64,000 nucleotides of DNA from Bispira polyomma (Eukaryota). The notes beneath the pieces were generated by a model. The model made no database searches. It worked only from the letters and a program-made list of their open reading frames with translations, and was not told the DNA's origin. The stretch covers positions 88,226,001 through 88,290,000 of the forward strand of contig OZ287749.1 in NCBI GenBank assembly GCA_965649765.1, read 5' to 3'. This document shows positions 37,430 to 52,334 of the stretch, one piece after another; the stretch's first letter is position 1; each line of letters opens with the position of its first letter. The position numbers and the translations under genes were made by a program.

Positions 37430-38130
37430 TTTATAATATTTATAATAATAGAAACATTTATATAGCCCAAAATTAATAAAAATGCTGTAATGTACTGAAT
37501 TCCAAAAAGGGACTGTCCAAAAGTCGTTACCTAGTGAGCTTCAACCAGGGAGTTACAAACGTGGGGGATATGCCGATGAGTCTTGAGCTGGCTTCAAAAA
37601 GCTGATATTGTCTGCTGTGATCTGACATTTGTGGCAACATCCTCCATTCTGCCAGTGCGGCGACAGCAAAGCTGTGGCTTCTAACTTGTCTTTTAGGGTG
37701 AAGTTAAACCGAAAGTCTATTTCCACGAGTGAGGCTGCTGGACTTGATTAAAGACGATGGGTAGGGAGGTTGGGAATAGGTAATAGCCTTGAAAACCAGC
37801 AGGTTGTACTTGTAAAGGATGCAGTGTTCAATGGGAAGCCAGTGGAGTTTTTGAAAGTAGGGGGACACATGATTGAATCTGTCAAGCCTGTAAACAATGC
37901 AACAGAGAGCATTTTGGACTCTCTCAAGTTTGGCAATATTAGCCTTACTGACCCCATATAGTAAAAAGTTGCAATGGTCCAAGCGACAACTGAGCATAGC
38001 ATTTGCCACCAGAACTGCAGTATCAGCGCTGAGGAATCTACAAATTCATCGCAAGTCACGTAGATGATAGTGTTCAACAGGCACAGCAAACTTTGGCAAT
38101 ATGGTTATTAAAGGAGTTGTCTGAGTCGAA
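37430..38130 (-). mobile_element. Old L2/CR1-group LINE 3' fragment (paralog 49170-50030)
   Basis: ANAMLSCRLDHCNFLLYG, LERVQNALC, LHWLPIEH motifs with frameshifts. Confidence 0.85.
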
Positions 38131-41100
38131 GGGGAGAAAAAAGATCCTAGAAAAACTGCTACTAATTTTAATTTTTTGTTTACGGTCTAAGAGGTCTATC
38201 TTGTCTTGTATTTAAAACACTAATATTAACGAATTTCTTTTGACATCAAAAATATAGCCAACAAGTACCAGTATCTGTCATTACCTTAACTGAAGAATGA
38301 GGTTTAATCCACATTGACTGCTGGGATATACAATTACAATATGTCCTACAAACACTGTAGAAATATATTTGTTATGTCTACCCATATTAAACACGATTTA
38401 TAAGGATGTGATTCTGCTGTTGTGCTTTAGAAGATGCCTAGCATCAATAAAGTGCGGTAAACATGCACAATATAAAAAAATAACTAAGATTCAATAATTG
38501 AAACATCAGCTTTACATGCAAACTTCATTGTCAAAGCATCAAAAATCAAAAGATGTCCACAATTGGAGTTTTGTCATATAGATCACTGCGGAATAGGTCC
38601 AAGAAAAAGCCATTATTATAATGAATCTGGCAGATTCAATTAGATTAGCTAAAAATAGGGATCCAAGAGATAGCCCTCTGTCATGCAAACTTAATGTTTT
38701 GTGCCCATGCAGTAATGCTGAATATATTCATATTTTCACAAACAATTAGGAAATGCAAATCTTCAAGTAAAAAGGGGACTATAACAAAATGTGCAATGTT
38801 TCTATTTATAAAGATTAGCTGTGATATATGATCCAGACTACAGGCTACAAACTATTTTAAAGGAGAATTTTGTGAGACTACAAACTATTCCCCAAGGGAA
38901 ATTAAGTGAACTAAAAGAGTTCTACTTAAAGGGGTTTGACTGTAAAAAGTTCAGTTTTAGGATTTACAATGAAATCCCTTCAAGTCAAACCTCAAGGAAC
39001 CATGAGAGATACCTCTATTTAAGCTGTATTTCCATTCACTAGAATAGATTTTAAAAGAAAAGGCTTTTGTGTTACTACCAATTTTTCTCCAAGTATTTTG
39101 ACAGGTAAGTGCTAATTGTTTGCAATTGTAATCAAAAGAGTGGTATTTGCATAACATTATCTTTATTGATCAAATTACAACACTATGTATCTATTGTTAT
39201 TCCTTATATTTGCAAAAGCGACAAGTTCAATGTACATAAATGTCTTTAATTTACAAAATGACTAAGGATCAGTACAACGTCTCATTTTCTATGCAAGAGA
39301 CGAGTACTGGCTACTACTATAGGTCATACTGGAACAATATCTAATTTTTATTTATTTTGCTTGTCTGTGTGATACTAAATACAGTAACAGGAAAAACTGC
39401 ATTCAATTAATAGGGTAGATTTTAAAACAAAAGGCTTTTGTGGGATTATATATTCACATACACTTAGATTTTAATCTTTTGTATGTGAAATCAATGAAAC
39501 CACTCAGTGGTACTATCACACGCAAACTACTAAAAAATCATGATAAATACAAGTCCATAATTTTATTTTAAATTATATGTATACAAATTGTTATGTAATC
39601 TACAACTGAGAAATGATGTTATCCTTTTATGAGGTCTTTCATTAAGGAAAAACACTTTCCTATTAAATGCCATTCATGATTATCACAGTCCATCAGTTAC
39701 TTGCCATCAGATTGATCAAACTTCTATCATTCAATGAACTAAATAACTCTGGATATGAAATGGAGAGGAAACCTTTTAAAGTCTCAGAAATGGAACAAAA
39801 AAAAACCTCTGTTGGCAGATGACTGAGGCGCACTTTAGTAATCTTGTAATTATGGAGTCTGACTGCTTGATAACCATAGCTTTTTATAGTGCAGATATTA
39901 GGAAGTTAAGTAGGACTTAATCTACTGAGCAAGCGTTATGAATTATTAACTGCATAGCCATAAATCTCCTCATTGAAAGTCCTAGTCGGCAATAGAATTT
40001 ATAATAAAATAAATATGCATACAAATCATTCTAAACATTTGTTTATAACTGTGACAACAGTTATTTTATTTACAGTCATAAATACATTTACAATGTTGCT
40101 GTAAAACAGAAAAGATGTACATATTTATAATTGGTGATTATTGTGATGTCTCATTGCTTTTTAAAAAAAATTGCACACATTTCATAATCATATACATATG
40201 AATCTTTTGTATAAGAATAGCTTCCATTTTTTTTATCATAATGACAACAGTAATTAATTTTATTTACAATCATAAATATATGTACAATGATGTAATAAAA
40301 CAGATATGTGTACATATTTCTAATTAGCAATTGTACTATGTCTTTTGATACATTAGGCAATTGAAGCTTGGTTTCGACATTAGGATGCTATTGCTATTTG
40401 AACATTTTTCGCAGACATTACTATTATTTTATTCCTTATGCAGGTGACTGTCTCATATTATAGTTAATAGATGACCAATGTTTTATCCCAATGATAAAAT
40501 GAGTAAAAAGTAAGTGTCAGTAAAAGGCGGGTATACTCTGTTGACCTCAAGGTGAAAACACAGACCTAGGTCTAAATGCTGGATCAACTCTGGATGGGGC
40601 TCATAATAAAACAATTTGGAAATAGGATAAAACACTAGTCCAGCAATATGTCAATGTACAATGGTTGTTGTTTATGAGATTGGTCTCCTTTTGATAGTTT
40701 TACTCACTTCACCATAATACAAATGAAACTTTTGGGCTTTCTGGTGATTTTTCTGTGTTAAATATCTCTTCAGGAATCGGCATATATTTACTTATTTAGA
40801 TGATTTATTTTATTTTTTTTATTAAGTAACAGTAACATGCAATACACTATAAATAAAATGAAATGTTAAAGAAGAAAGAACCAAATTTGAACATAATCAA
40901 ATTTAATTTACACTCTTATTTGAAACTTGCTCCACAATACAAACAGATCTTATCATAGAATAGGTCTCAGCAGAACAATGCAATAGATACTTCGGTGAAT
41001 TTGAACTTCTTGAAGTGAAGGTTTAGGTGAAACAAAATGGTTTTGAAAGTATTAACAAATATCATAATCAGCAAAACAAATCTTATAGTTTAAAAATAAT

Positions 41101-44100
41101 GGTCTTCACCTGATAAAAACCTTGTCCTTAAATTGCTAGCTTTAATAGATTTGATTCACTCGGTAAAGACACATTTCAAGTGGTTTTAATCACATGTCAA
41201 TCAGAGCAAGATTAAAGGATTACCCATTTATGTACCTTTTATTGTCCCCTTTTTAATAAAAACCTGAGAATATATTCACTTTACAGCAAGTTTTTAATGA
41301 CATGTTAATCAGAGCAACATTAAAGGATTACTCGTATATGTACCCTTTGTTGTCTTTTTTAGTTAAGACCTAAGAATACACTGAAAAATGAAGGATATTT
41401 TTCAGGCCCAGGGGATTTGATGTCTGACACTGATGACAAAGACAATGTCTATTTTAGCATTTTATGTTGAGCTTTCACTAATAAGATGTAAGGGCACTGT
41501 GTGGCAGTCATCAGTGTCATAATTATGTAAAATCCATCCAGATTGTTTGTATGGATCAGCCCAGTGTTTATCTTAGTGATTTTGTCAATAAGCATAAAAT
41601 TTGAATTGGAGTGTTACATTATGACTGCGAAAATATATTTTGTGACATCCAATGCTTTCGTCTCATTTCCAGAAACCATGTGATAGAATTTCTTGACTAA
41701 GTGTTTGTACAAATAAATTTAGGATGTCGTGTAATATAATTAATTTATTTACTTTCAACACGTCTTGCGTCATATGTTGTATTTTAAAAAGTAGTGGTCC
41801 AGTATACTGCTTATAAGGGTATTTGAAGATGCCATTGAATATCTGAACTTTTAACAACACAGTAGGATTCAATAAGCATCGGTATTATCACTGACTATTC
41901 CTAAATTAAAGATGGAATCCAAAACATTTGAGAAAGTGAAAATGTCTTTAAAAACAGAATATTCAAATGATAAAAGTTCAGATAATAGAAGTTATATTGT
42001 ATCAAACTCCTAATTAGATATAATACATTGTCCCGACCTAGATCTTTTTCGAGTAGTTTTACATGTTAAAGAAATCAAGTCATATGTTGCGATTTGTATA
42101 TAATTATTTTCTGAATTTACTGCCAGATCTTAACAGAAGGTAAATGTTTATTCACCTCTTTTTATAATTGCCAATTTCCTTTTTGAAGATTGCAACTCCT
42201 TTGTCAGTGATTGATTTTTGTATTAAAGCACCGACATGAGCTGGTTTGGATGAAGTTGAAAACCTGTGAAGGATAGGGTTATTAAGGGTTATTTAGGAGG
42301 AATCTACCTGTTTGTTGTGTTAATCTGTAAATTAACTCAGGGACTTATAGTACAATGTATAATACAATATATAACATAATCTCTATAATCTAATCATGTT
42401 GGGGGGAAATCAAGATTTTTGAGGTTTCACAAAATGGAAGAACAAAGAATAGAAAAACATATATTTTGAAATATTGAAAGGTGATTATCAATCAAACATA
42501 TAGGTGGATTGTATATTAGAGGTTCTAATGTATAGTGAGCAGAAGTAAAAGAACTAATTGGTTGAGCAATTTGCACCATTTTACAGCATTTTTATTCAGT
42601 TATATGAAATGTATAATCGAAATATAAAAACATACAAAAAGTACAGATATCCAAATTTAAAAATTAAGGAAGTGAACTTTTAGATAATAATATGTTTAAT
42701 TTATGGCTTATACAAGACTGTCAGCTTTTTATATACACAATACGTTTTTTTCCTTGAACAACAACATTATAAATTTAAAATTCAGTACATTTTTCTTTAA
42801 AGATTATCTAAAGAGAATATGTTACATGTAGGCTTTTTATAAAAAAACCTTGCATGATATTATTTTTCATTAGGAAAACATCAATGCACCTATTGCTTTT
42901 TACAACAGAAAGGTTTGATACAAAAAGTAGAATTCTATTACCATAATGTCTACTCGGATTCTTAATCCTGCATGAATAAGCATAAATGTGGGCCTTACTT
43001 GGACCTTGCCCCATTTTACAAACTTTTGAGAAGCAACCATCCCTCTTTATTTATGTTTTGTAGACATTTTTACACATATAAAGCAGTATAGCAAACTGAA
43101 AATAAAACATTGGCAATGGACTCAATAAGGTATATGCATATATAACAAACAAAATATTTATATAGTAAGTTTCATGAAAGGCATTGTATCCAGGAGTGTG
43201 TTTGAAATATATGAACACCAACTAAAAGCAATTACCACTAGTACTTTCTTAAAATTTACAACATTCACACTTATTGTACCTTACAACCGTATGGCATCAT
43301 ATTCATGCATTTATGATGTAAAGTTACTTTAAATAAACAGACTACCTTTTATCATAAATTAAAATTTTAAAAGCATTTTAAGGAATCATTTATGATATGA
43401 GAAGAAGGATATATAATATGATTGATCTTTCACAGAGTAAGGCTCACCACTGAACTCATGATTATTTTGGCTGTAGGGGATATTTTTAAATATAAACTAC
43501 AAAAGGAACATGTCCATTAAAGGATCTGTGAGTTGAATACAAATGACAGAATGACGCAACTGGCAGGAACCTTTCTGCACTGTGGGTATGGTGGTGAATG
43601 GATTGTAAACTCATATTTTAAAGCCAAGACAACATCACAAAACACATGGCTGTTGAACACACATTTGAGAAGATAGGGTATATATAGAAAGGTATAGACG
43701 TCTTATTGGTAAATAGATATATAAAAAGGTCAGAATAAGGTACACCTGAGTCAAGTGATAGAGATCATAAATTAACACAAAATATTGAGAATGTTTGAGT
43801 CTGATTTTAGCCTCTAATGAGAACAACAACTAGTTGATTAAAATATATACATGCAATAAATATATATATATAAGGTTGGAATTACTACCTTCGCTAAAAC
43901 TAAAGTTTTATTTACATTATATATAAAAAGGGCTAATTCCATCATTTCAGCTGCCTTGATAGTATACGGTGGTTCCATTTGTCCTATGTTATATTATATT
44001 AATCTTCACATTAAAGTTACGCATGACCAAAAATTTGGTTTTAAATTGAATCAATTATTTTATCTTCTTATCTGAAATTTTTTTACACTCCCTTGTTATT

Positions 44101-46914
44101 TGCTTTAATATATCATACCATTTCACGAAACATGTATCACCCTATGTTTTGGAAGTTTCCCTTTAGTGGGTTATTATTTTTTGTTTACCTATTTTCTGGT
44201 AATGTAGGCTGTCTGGTCTTCCTTGGCCAAGTGGTTAGGAAGTTAGTGTGGTGATCAGAAGGTCCAACATTCGACTCCAGGTATCTTATATCAATGTCGT
44301 CATTTTGCTAGGAGCAATTTTAAATTGTCTTTTGGGTGAAATGTTTGGGGAACAAACATCTGATTTTACTCAACACGCATTTGTTAATTTTTATAAAAAC
44401 TTAACCTCCTGAGATCAAATGTATCAAAAACTATCACATGGTCAAATAGAACATGCTTTGCAATGGAGAAGAGAAAAATCAGGAATCTTAAAAAGTCTTA
44501 GTAATGCAATGCAACTCTTGTGTATAGCAGATAATTGAAGCAGAGTGTACTAATCTTCTAATCAATCATTTGTTTTGTTTACAACATTGTCATTACAGTG
44601 GTAATTATGAGTGGATAAATCTGGTGAAATAGACTGTCACTTTCATGAATAATGAACCATTTTTGTAGGTTTTCAACTAAATCTCTGGAGAGAGAACTAT
44701 GTTACAGTAGAAACCTCTATTATTCAAACATGTTCAAAAGGCAAGATTGTGTTTGGACAATACAATTTTTGATTTTGTACAAAACAGTAGCAAGATGCAA
44801 AGTTTGAGAAATATAGTTTAAATTTAGAACTTAACTCCTAAGTGGAGGCTGTGTGTAAAAGTCTATATGTAAAGTGGCATGTCCAATATCCACCAGATTT
44901 GGATCCAGTTATGGGTAACTATTAACTTGTTTTGGAATGTTGTACCCTAAAAAGTAGTTTTGTAGAGAAATTCAACTTAAACTGATTCTAGTTAGCCAGA
45001 GTCTACTGTAATATTATAACTGGTAGACAACTGTCCTTGATTCAAAAACTGTGAATAGAGCTTTGTAATATGAGCTCAAACAAAGCAAGTAAAAACAAGA
45101 TTTGGACAGTGATGTACTGGTACTACTCACATGCAAAGAATAAATCCCCTACTCAGTTATCCTCCCGTCATACTTCTTTTGTGACAATGTTTATCCTGCT
45201 GAGCTCACCACAAATAACAAGGCCACCTTTGCCCTTAGATGCTACAAAGATGTAGTTTACAATTTATTAACACACAGGAATTTTTGCCGCGTATTCAATT
45301 ATGAATCAACTAGTTTTAGTCTTGTCTTTTTACTTTGCTGTTCCATACTGTAAAACTGTAAGATAAATGGGTAAATACTAGGTTTTCCAACAGAGCATAA
45401 GTTTCTCTCTTTCACCTATATGACCTAAGCTTGACCTTGTCATTTAGGCCTATGATTTTGTTAATACATGAAGTCTACTATCTATTTACATACTAGACAA
45501 AGTTAAGTATACAATAAAGTTAAGACCAGCTTCAGACTTGATAAAAATAAATGTACTTAAATTAAGAGAATAAGGTTACCTTTGCCTAAGCTGGCAAGCG
45601 TTAATTTTAGCCTTTAAATTTAAGGTTAACTTAAGATTACGTAATACTTAAATATCAGTTAAGTTACAGTTACACTTATTTAGGCCTATTAATGATACTT
45701 TAAACATAATTTTTTTCTGAAGCTTGAAATACACATGGGACAGTTATATTTGACCAAATTGTAGTAGGATTAGAATATCATTAGTATGATCACTATAAAA
45801 TGCCCTCGGCCGGTTTTACATTGGGGCCTTAGTAACTTCTTTTTCCATTGTTTCAAATTCTCATTGAAACCAAGGAAGGTTGATGTAATTCAATAATTAC
45901 TTGTCCAAAAAATTACTCATCATAGTTAAAATGACATTGTTTACATGAAGGTTACTTTGCTACTTTATATGGTAAAGGTGAGACAAGTACACTGTTAAAC
46001 TTGCTAAAGTGTGATGTTTTAGATCTTGATGTTACTTGATAGGGCTTGAAACTCCCCTACCCTCTGATTGAATGGTGGTACCTACCCAGCTAATATGACA
46101 TAATTAAATATTGGAGTTACGATGAAATAATTTCCTGAGGAAATACCATTAATGGTCTTGAGAAATTGTCTCTACCAGCTTTTACTTTAGAAAAAGAGGA
46201 AAATTGTTACAGTTTAAATAGTCATTTACATTAGAGCCCTGATAACATTGATCTTGCAATGTTAACCCCATTTAGCTTTTGCAACTTAAATCTAATCTAA
46301 TCTTAATTTAGGTGCTTAATCACTGTACTAATGGGTTCTAAGATACAATCAACCAGAAATCAATGTTCCCTAATCATATGGTCATTAAACAGAAGTGGTA
46401 ATTTACGATAGAGATACGGGGAAAGAATATCTGGAATGGAGCATAGGTTTTGTAGGAGTATCTTCTGTAAAATGATATAGACGAAATATGTGTAAATAAA
46501 CTGAGACATGTTGTCCAATATTATATATTGGGGGCATTCTTTAAAGAACATTCTAAAATAATAGGCTGCGCAAAGTCTTTGAACACGTCTTTTGTACAAT
46601 GTTTTAAATCTGCACTCAGTATAATGCACGGTAGGTTGTTTACTCTGTTCCGTCAATCTCCCTTGAAACTAGTCCGTATTTAAACTTAATTATCTCAGAA
46701 ATTTTCACCTTCACATGTTCAGTAACTTTTGTGCTTTTAATAAATAATCGGCATTTGTTTTTTTGTATTTTTAAATGACTTTTGTTTTGCTAACTCAGCC
46801 TTCATATGTTTGTATGATGGAACAGCTATAACATGAAACTGTCTACATAGTAGTTGCACATTTTACATAATCATGGTGTATTTTATTTCAAAAAGAAGAG
46901 TTTATTTTTTTAGA

Positions 46915-47067
46915 ATAGGAATAAAATACTTAAACTGTTTTATGCGAATTTTAAATGATCTCTGTGTTTGAATAATAAAACTCAGCCCTTCGGCCTTCGT
47001 ACATTACACCCACCCTATCGATCGTTTTAAAATGTGCATAAAACACTTATTTGTATTTTTTTCCTAT
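46915..47067. mobile_element. Hairpin-type non-autonomous element (possibly Crypton-like) within a ~520-bp segment specific to unit B
   Basis: ataggaataaaatac..tgttttatgc..ttttaaa.gatc is mirrored by gatc.ttttaaaa..gcataaaaca..gtatttttttcctat around cccttcggccttcg; absent from units A (~35390) and C (~63550). Confidence 0.45.
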
Positions 47068-49661
47068 ATTCCTATATTTAAATATATTTGTTTGTTGAGA
47101 ATAAATATAAAAAGAAGGAAAAAGAACAAAATATATAAACATTGATGATATATGTTCCAGAACACATGTTACAGTAATTTTATCCAAATTTTTACAAGAA
47201 TATTATCACAGTTTTAATCTTATTGACCTTATAAGGTCATAAAATGCCTCTGCATATGCACAACAGGTAAAGGGTACTAAAATTGCAGATGTATTTCTGA
47301 TAAAATGATAGAATGACTTGAATTTCTAAGGATGATCTTGGGTTCATAGTTTAGTTTGGGTTTAATGTCGCTTTCAATAGGTCTTGTATCATATCATGAC
47401 AAGCAGGGTAGTTTGTCAAGGGTTTCTGCCCTGCAAACCATCAGCCTTAAACAAGTCTACTAACAACTTTTTCCAAAGACACTATGGCTTAGATTACGTA
47501 ACAATGAATATTCAGATAATAGAATTTAAATTAGTCGAGATCAACAGCTTAGGTCATATTGTTACGGCCAGATTTAAGGGTGACAGAAACCAGTGCTGAA
47601 GCACTCTAAGCCACCAGCCTACAGCAAATACTTGACAGACTTTTGCTCATGAAGAAACAAACAGGATTCGAACCCACATTGGTAAGAGACCAGTCATTAT
47701 TAGCAAGCTAGCACTTCTAACCACTAAGGCCATCACGGCCCTATTCAGATAATAGAAGTTCAGATATATTAAAGATTCTAAACTACAACACTCCCAAAAG
47801 TACAGCATCTCCCTGGTAACCATCAGAGACAGAGCTAGAATTCCCATGTCTTACAGCTTTGTCACACATCTCACAATCCATAAACTCACTAATTACATGT
47901 AAAACATGAGAGAGACAGAGAGGAAAGAGGGTGGCGGGAGCAGCAACAACACGTTAGAGGTAGAAATGAAACCGTTAATTAAGTTTTTCGGACCAAATTA
48001 TTTGGCCAATTTCTGGACATTGTAGTCAAGATTGATGTTTGGGGCTGAATCAGGTAGAGGTAATTTGTGTCATTTTGCTTGTAGAGAAAAATAATGAGTC
48101 TAGATTAAGTGGGTTTAATTTTATAACACCTGTAAATCAGAAACACAAAAACAAAACGTTTTGTCCCTCATTTTTATGTTCCCCTTTTAATAATAATTAC
48201 TGATTACATAGTTTCTGCACTTTTTAGTTTATTTTGAATCTGATCACCATTATTTTATGGACTATTTGCCAAATCTCCAGTAAAATTATTAATTAAATAG
48301 TAAATACATCTATACCTCTGCTGATTAACTGTATCTAAATGTAGAATGACATCTCTATGGTTTTTGCTTTTATATTAACTAGCTCAATTTTCTAATGTAA
48401 TACTTTTATTCAAAGGTCTAAAATAATTCAGCATCCTCAGCCTTTACAAAGTGTGGCCAGATCTAGTATTTCCTCCTCTGGCCATTAATAACACATTTAG
48501 GCCACATTTTGCACAGCCTAATTGCATATATTGCTTGATATTATGTCAGTAAATCATCTTAGTGATTTAATAAACAACTCAGAGTCAGGATTTTATTGAC
48601 AACACTGTTTTTAGCTAAGTCTCTCTTTCTAAAAACAATAAGTATAACAATATTGTAAAATTTTTAATTTAATTAAAAGTATTTATATAACGTCAAATTG
48701 ATGACAGGGCATTCTTCTATGTGTTCTGTGAGTTTAGAAAGGGAAGCCTATAACATACAATCAGATATCGCAGTCAGATAAGCAATTTTGTGTTCACATC
48801 TTGTCCATAGCTATTATACTCTAAAGACAATTGTTACAATATAACGTCTATTATTTGAACTTATATTATCTAAATATTTGACTTTATGAACATATGTTCA
48901 CTCTCCCAATTTTATATTTCTCTATTATTTTACATTATATCAAAATGTTTCTTTTATTCTGTTGTGTGAACCTTCTATTATCCCCAAAATCTTGCTCTCC
49001 CAACATGTTCAGTTAATAGACATTTTACTGTACTTTACTGGAAGTTGAATCAGGGACCCTATGATCACCTGACAAATTTTTAACCACTAACAAGGTTACA
49101 CAAGATCACAAATATGTCAGAATATTCAGATTTTATACTCAGCGCATTTGTTTATAATATTTATATTAATAGAAACCTTTATATAGGCCAAAATTGATAA
49201 AAATCCTCTAATGTGCTGAATTCCAAAAAGGGATTGTCCATTATCGAGCAAAAGTCGTTACCAAGTGAACGTCAACAGGGAGTTACAAAGGTGGGGGATA
49301 TGCCAGTGAGTCTTGAGCTGGCTTCAAAAAGCTGATGTTGTCTGCTGTTATCTGACACTTTGTGGCAACCTGTTCCATTCTGCCAGTGCGGCGACAGCAA
49401 AGCTGTGCCTTGTAATTTGTCTTTTAGGGTGAAGTTAAACCGAAAGTCTATTTCCACGAGTGAGGCTGCTGGACTTGATTAAAGAGGATAAGTAGGAAGG
49501 TTGGGAATAGTTAATAGCCTTGAAAATCAGCAGGTTGTACTTGTACCAGGGGAGTTTTTGAAGGTAGGGGGTGACATTGATCATTGACATTGATCATTTT
49601 GGACTCTCTGAAGTTTGGAAATATTAGCCTTACTGACCCCATATAGTAAAGAGTTGCAATA

Positions 49662-49874
49662 CACGGGCGGTCACAATACCGGTAGGGTCACAATACTGTT
49701 CGATGCATATTTGAATGCTTAAAACGTAGATTTAATTTAAATAAAATCAAGTATTCTGTACTTTAATTAATAGACATGAAGTAGCATGTGTTTTCAGAAT
49801 GAATTTCCGTTAGTAAAGTCTTTAAAACGGCAATGGACGGTATTGTGACCCGACCGGTATTGTGAACGTCTGTG
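49662..49874. mobile_element. 213-bp MITE with ~35-bp TIRs, CAC termini and TA TSD
   Basis: ta|cacgggcggtcacaataccggtagggtcacaatac ... gtattgtgacccgaccggtattgtgaacgtctgtg|ta; empty site in unit A at ~37975 (gttgcaatggtccaagcgac). Confidence 0.88.
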
Positions 49875-52075
49875 TAGTCCAAGCGACTACTGACCATAGC
49901 ATTTGCCACCAGAACTGCAGTATCAGCACTGAGGAATCTACAAATTCATTGCAAGTTACGTAGATGATAGTAACAGGCACAGCAAACTTTGGCAATATGG
50001 TTGTTAAAGGAGTTTTCCAAGTTGAAGGGGAGAAAGAAGACCCCATAAAAACTGCTACTAATTTTGATTTTTTTGTTCACAGTCTAAGAGGTCTATCTTT
50101 GTCTTATATTTAAAACAGTAATAAACCTTTTTTTTTTTTTGACTGCAAAAATATAGCAAACAAGTAGCAGTACCTGTCATTCCCCTAAGTGAAGAGTAAG
50201 GCTTAATCCCCATTGACCGCTGGGATGTACAATTACAATATGTCCTACAAACACTGTAGAAATCTATTTGATATGTCTACCCATATCAAACATGATTTAT
50301 AAGAATGTCCAGTAATAGTGATTCTGCTGTTGTGCTTTAGAAGATGTCTGGCATCAATAAAGCGTGGTAAGCATGCATAATATAAAATAATAATTAAGAT
50401 TTAATAACTGAAACATCAGCTTTACATGCAAACATCATTTTTTGGGGGTCAAAGCACTAAAAATCAAAGAATGTCCACAATGGAAGTTTTGTCATATAGA
50501 TCACTGCGGAATAGGCCTACTTAAAATCCATTATCAGAATAAATCATAGAATCTGGCAGATTCAATTTGATTAGCTAAAAATAGGGATCCTAAAGATAGC
50601 CCTCTGTCATGCAAACTTAGTGCTTTGTGCCAAGTAATGCTGCAAATATTCATATTTTCAGAAACAATTAGGAAATGCAAATGTTCAAGTATAAAAAGTG
50701 ACTACAACAAAATGTGCAATGTGTCTATTTATAAAGATTAGCTGTGACATATGATCCAGACTACAGGCTATAAACGATTTTGAAAGAGACTTTAGTGAAA
50801 CTACAAACTATTTCCCACGTAAAACGGAAATAAGTGAACTAACAGAGTTCTATTTAAAGAGGGTTGACTGTACCCAGTTCAGTTTTAGAAATTACAGTGA
50901 AATCCCTTTTAGTCGAACCTCAAGGAACCATGAGAGATACCTCCATTTAAGCTGTATTTCTATTCAATAGAGTAGATTTTAAATAAAAATGCTTTTGTGT
51001 AACCACAAGTATTTTAGAAGGTAATTTCTTGCAATATTTAAAAGAATGGCATCTGCATAACACTATTTTAATGATCAAATTACAACACTATGTATCTGCT
51101 ATTTGTGGTGAAGTCAAAATTGTTATTCCTTATATTTGCAGCAGCGAAAAGTTCAATGGCATTTTTGTACATAAATGTCTTTAATTTAGAAACCTTCTAA
51201 GAATTGTGTACAACGTCTCATTTGTGAGAGATGAGTACTGGCTACTATTAGAATTCATTCTGGAATATTTACTAATTTTTACTTACCTTGCGTCTGTGTG
51301 GTACTAAATATAGTAATAGGTAAACTGCATATAATTAACTGGGTAGATTTTAAAACAATATGCTTTTGTGTTTCAAATAATCTATAACAGAGCACTGATA
51401 TTATCCTTTTATGAGGTCTTTCATTAAAGGAAAAAAAAACCTACTTTTCTATCAAATGCCATTCATGATTATCACAGTCCATCAGTTACTAGCAATCAGA
51501 TTGATCAAACTTCCATCATTTAATGAACTAAATAGCTCTGGATATGAAGTGGCTAGGGAACCTTTTAAAGTCTCAGAAATGGAACAAAAAAAATCCCCCT
51601 GTTGGCAGATGATTGTGGCACACTTTAGTAATCTTGTTATTATGGAGTCTGACTGCTTGACGATCTTAGCTTTTTACTGTGCAGATATTATGAAGTTAGG
51701 GGTAGGACTTAACCTACTAAGCAAGTGTGATGAACTATTAACTACAGAGCCATAAATATTCTCATTGAATGTCCTAGCCAGCAAAAGATTTTATAACAAA
51801 AATATGCATACAAATCTTCCTAAAAATAGTTACTAATTGTCACAACAGTAATTTATTTTATTAACAGTCATAAATATATGTACAATGATGTTATGAAACA
51901 GAGAAGATGCACATGTTTATAATTGGTAATTGTTGTAGGGTTTTTTCGCTTTCTTAACATTTTTTGGACACACAATTCATAATCAAAACATATACATGCA
52001 GTTCTTTCTTCTAAATATAGTTCATATATTTTTGGCAGAATTGGGACGACAATAACTTATTTTGTCTACATGTAT

Positions 52076-52334
52076 ACAGTCTACAAGTCAAAATTATATA
52101 GCTCAGAGATGCACAAGTTCAAATCCATTTGAGTCCTTGCTGATAATGGCACTTGAAATTTGCCCTTTTACATATGGCAATGTTTGCACTATAATTTTTT
52201 TCATAAACACAATGCAACAACACTTTGGGGCATTTTATTAATATCACATGACACATTTGGTTAAAACATAAAACTACGCTTTTTAGTCTAAAAGTTAGTC
52301 TTGTTACTTTTATTTACAAAAAAAAGAGTTCCCA
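52076..52334 (-). repeat. Ngaro split direct repeat B2
   Basis: Matches 53058-53317 with about 5 differences. Confidence 0.95.

Larger units (their letters stand above)
32581..43930. repeat. Tandem segmental duplication, unit A (~11.3 kb)
   Basis: Collinear anchors: ctaattccatc 32582/43933; actgtccttgattcaaaaactgtg 33593/45030; catgagagagacagagagg 36236/47905; atgaggtctttcatt 39629/51411; tttttatatacacaatac ~42726/~61733. Confidence 0.93.

Noticed and set aside
32366-51400. Many 60-100 aa ORFs in the ORF track
   Set aside because: AT-rich, not preserved between paralogous units, and without splice or homology support (apart from the LINE fragments listed).
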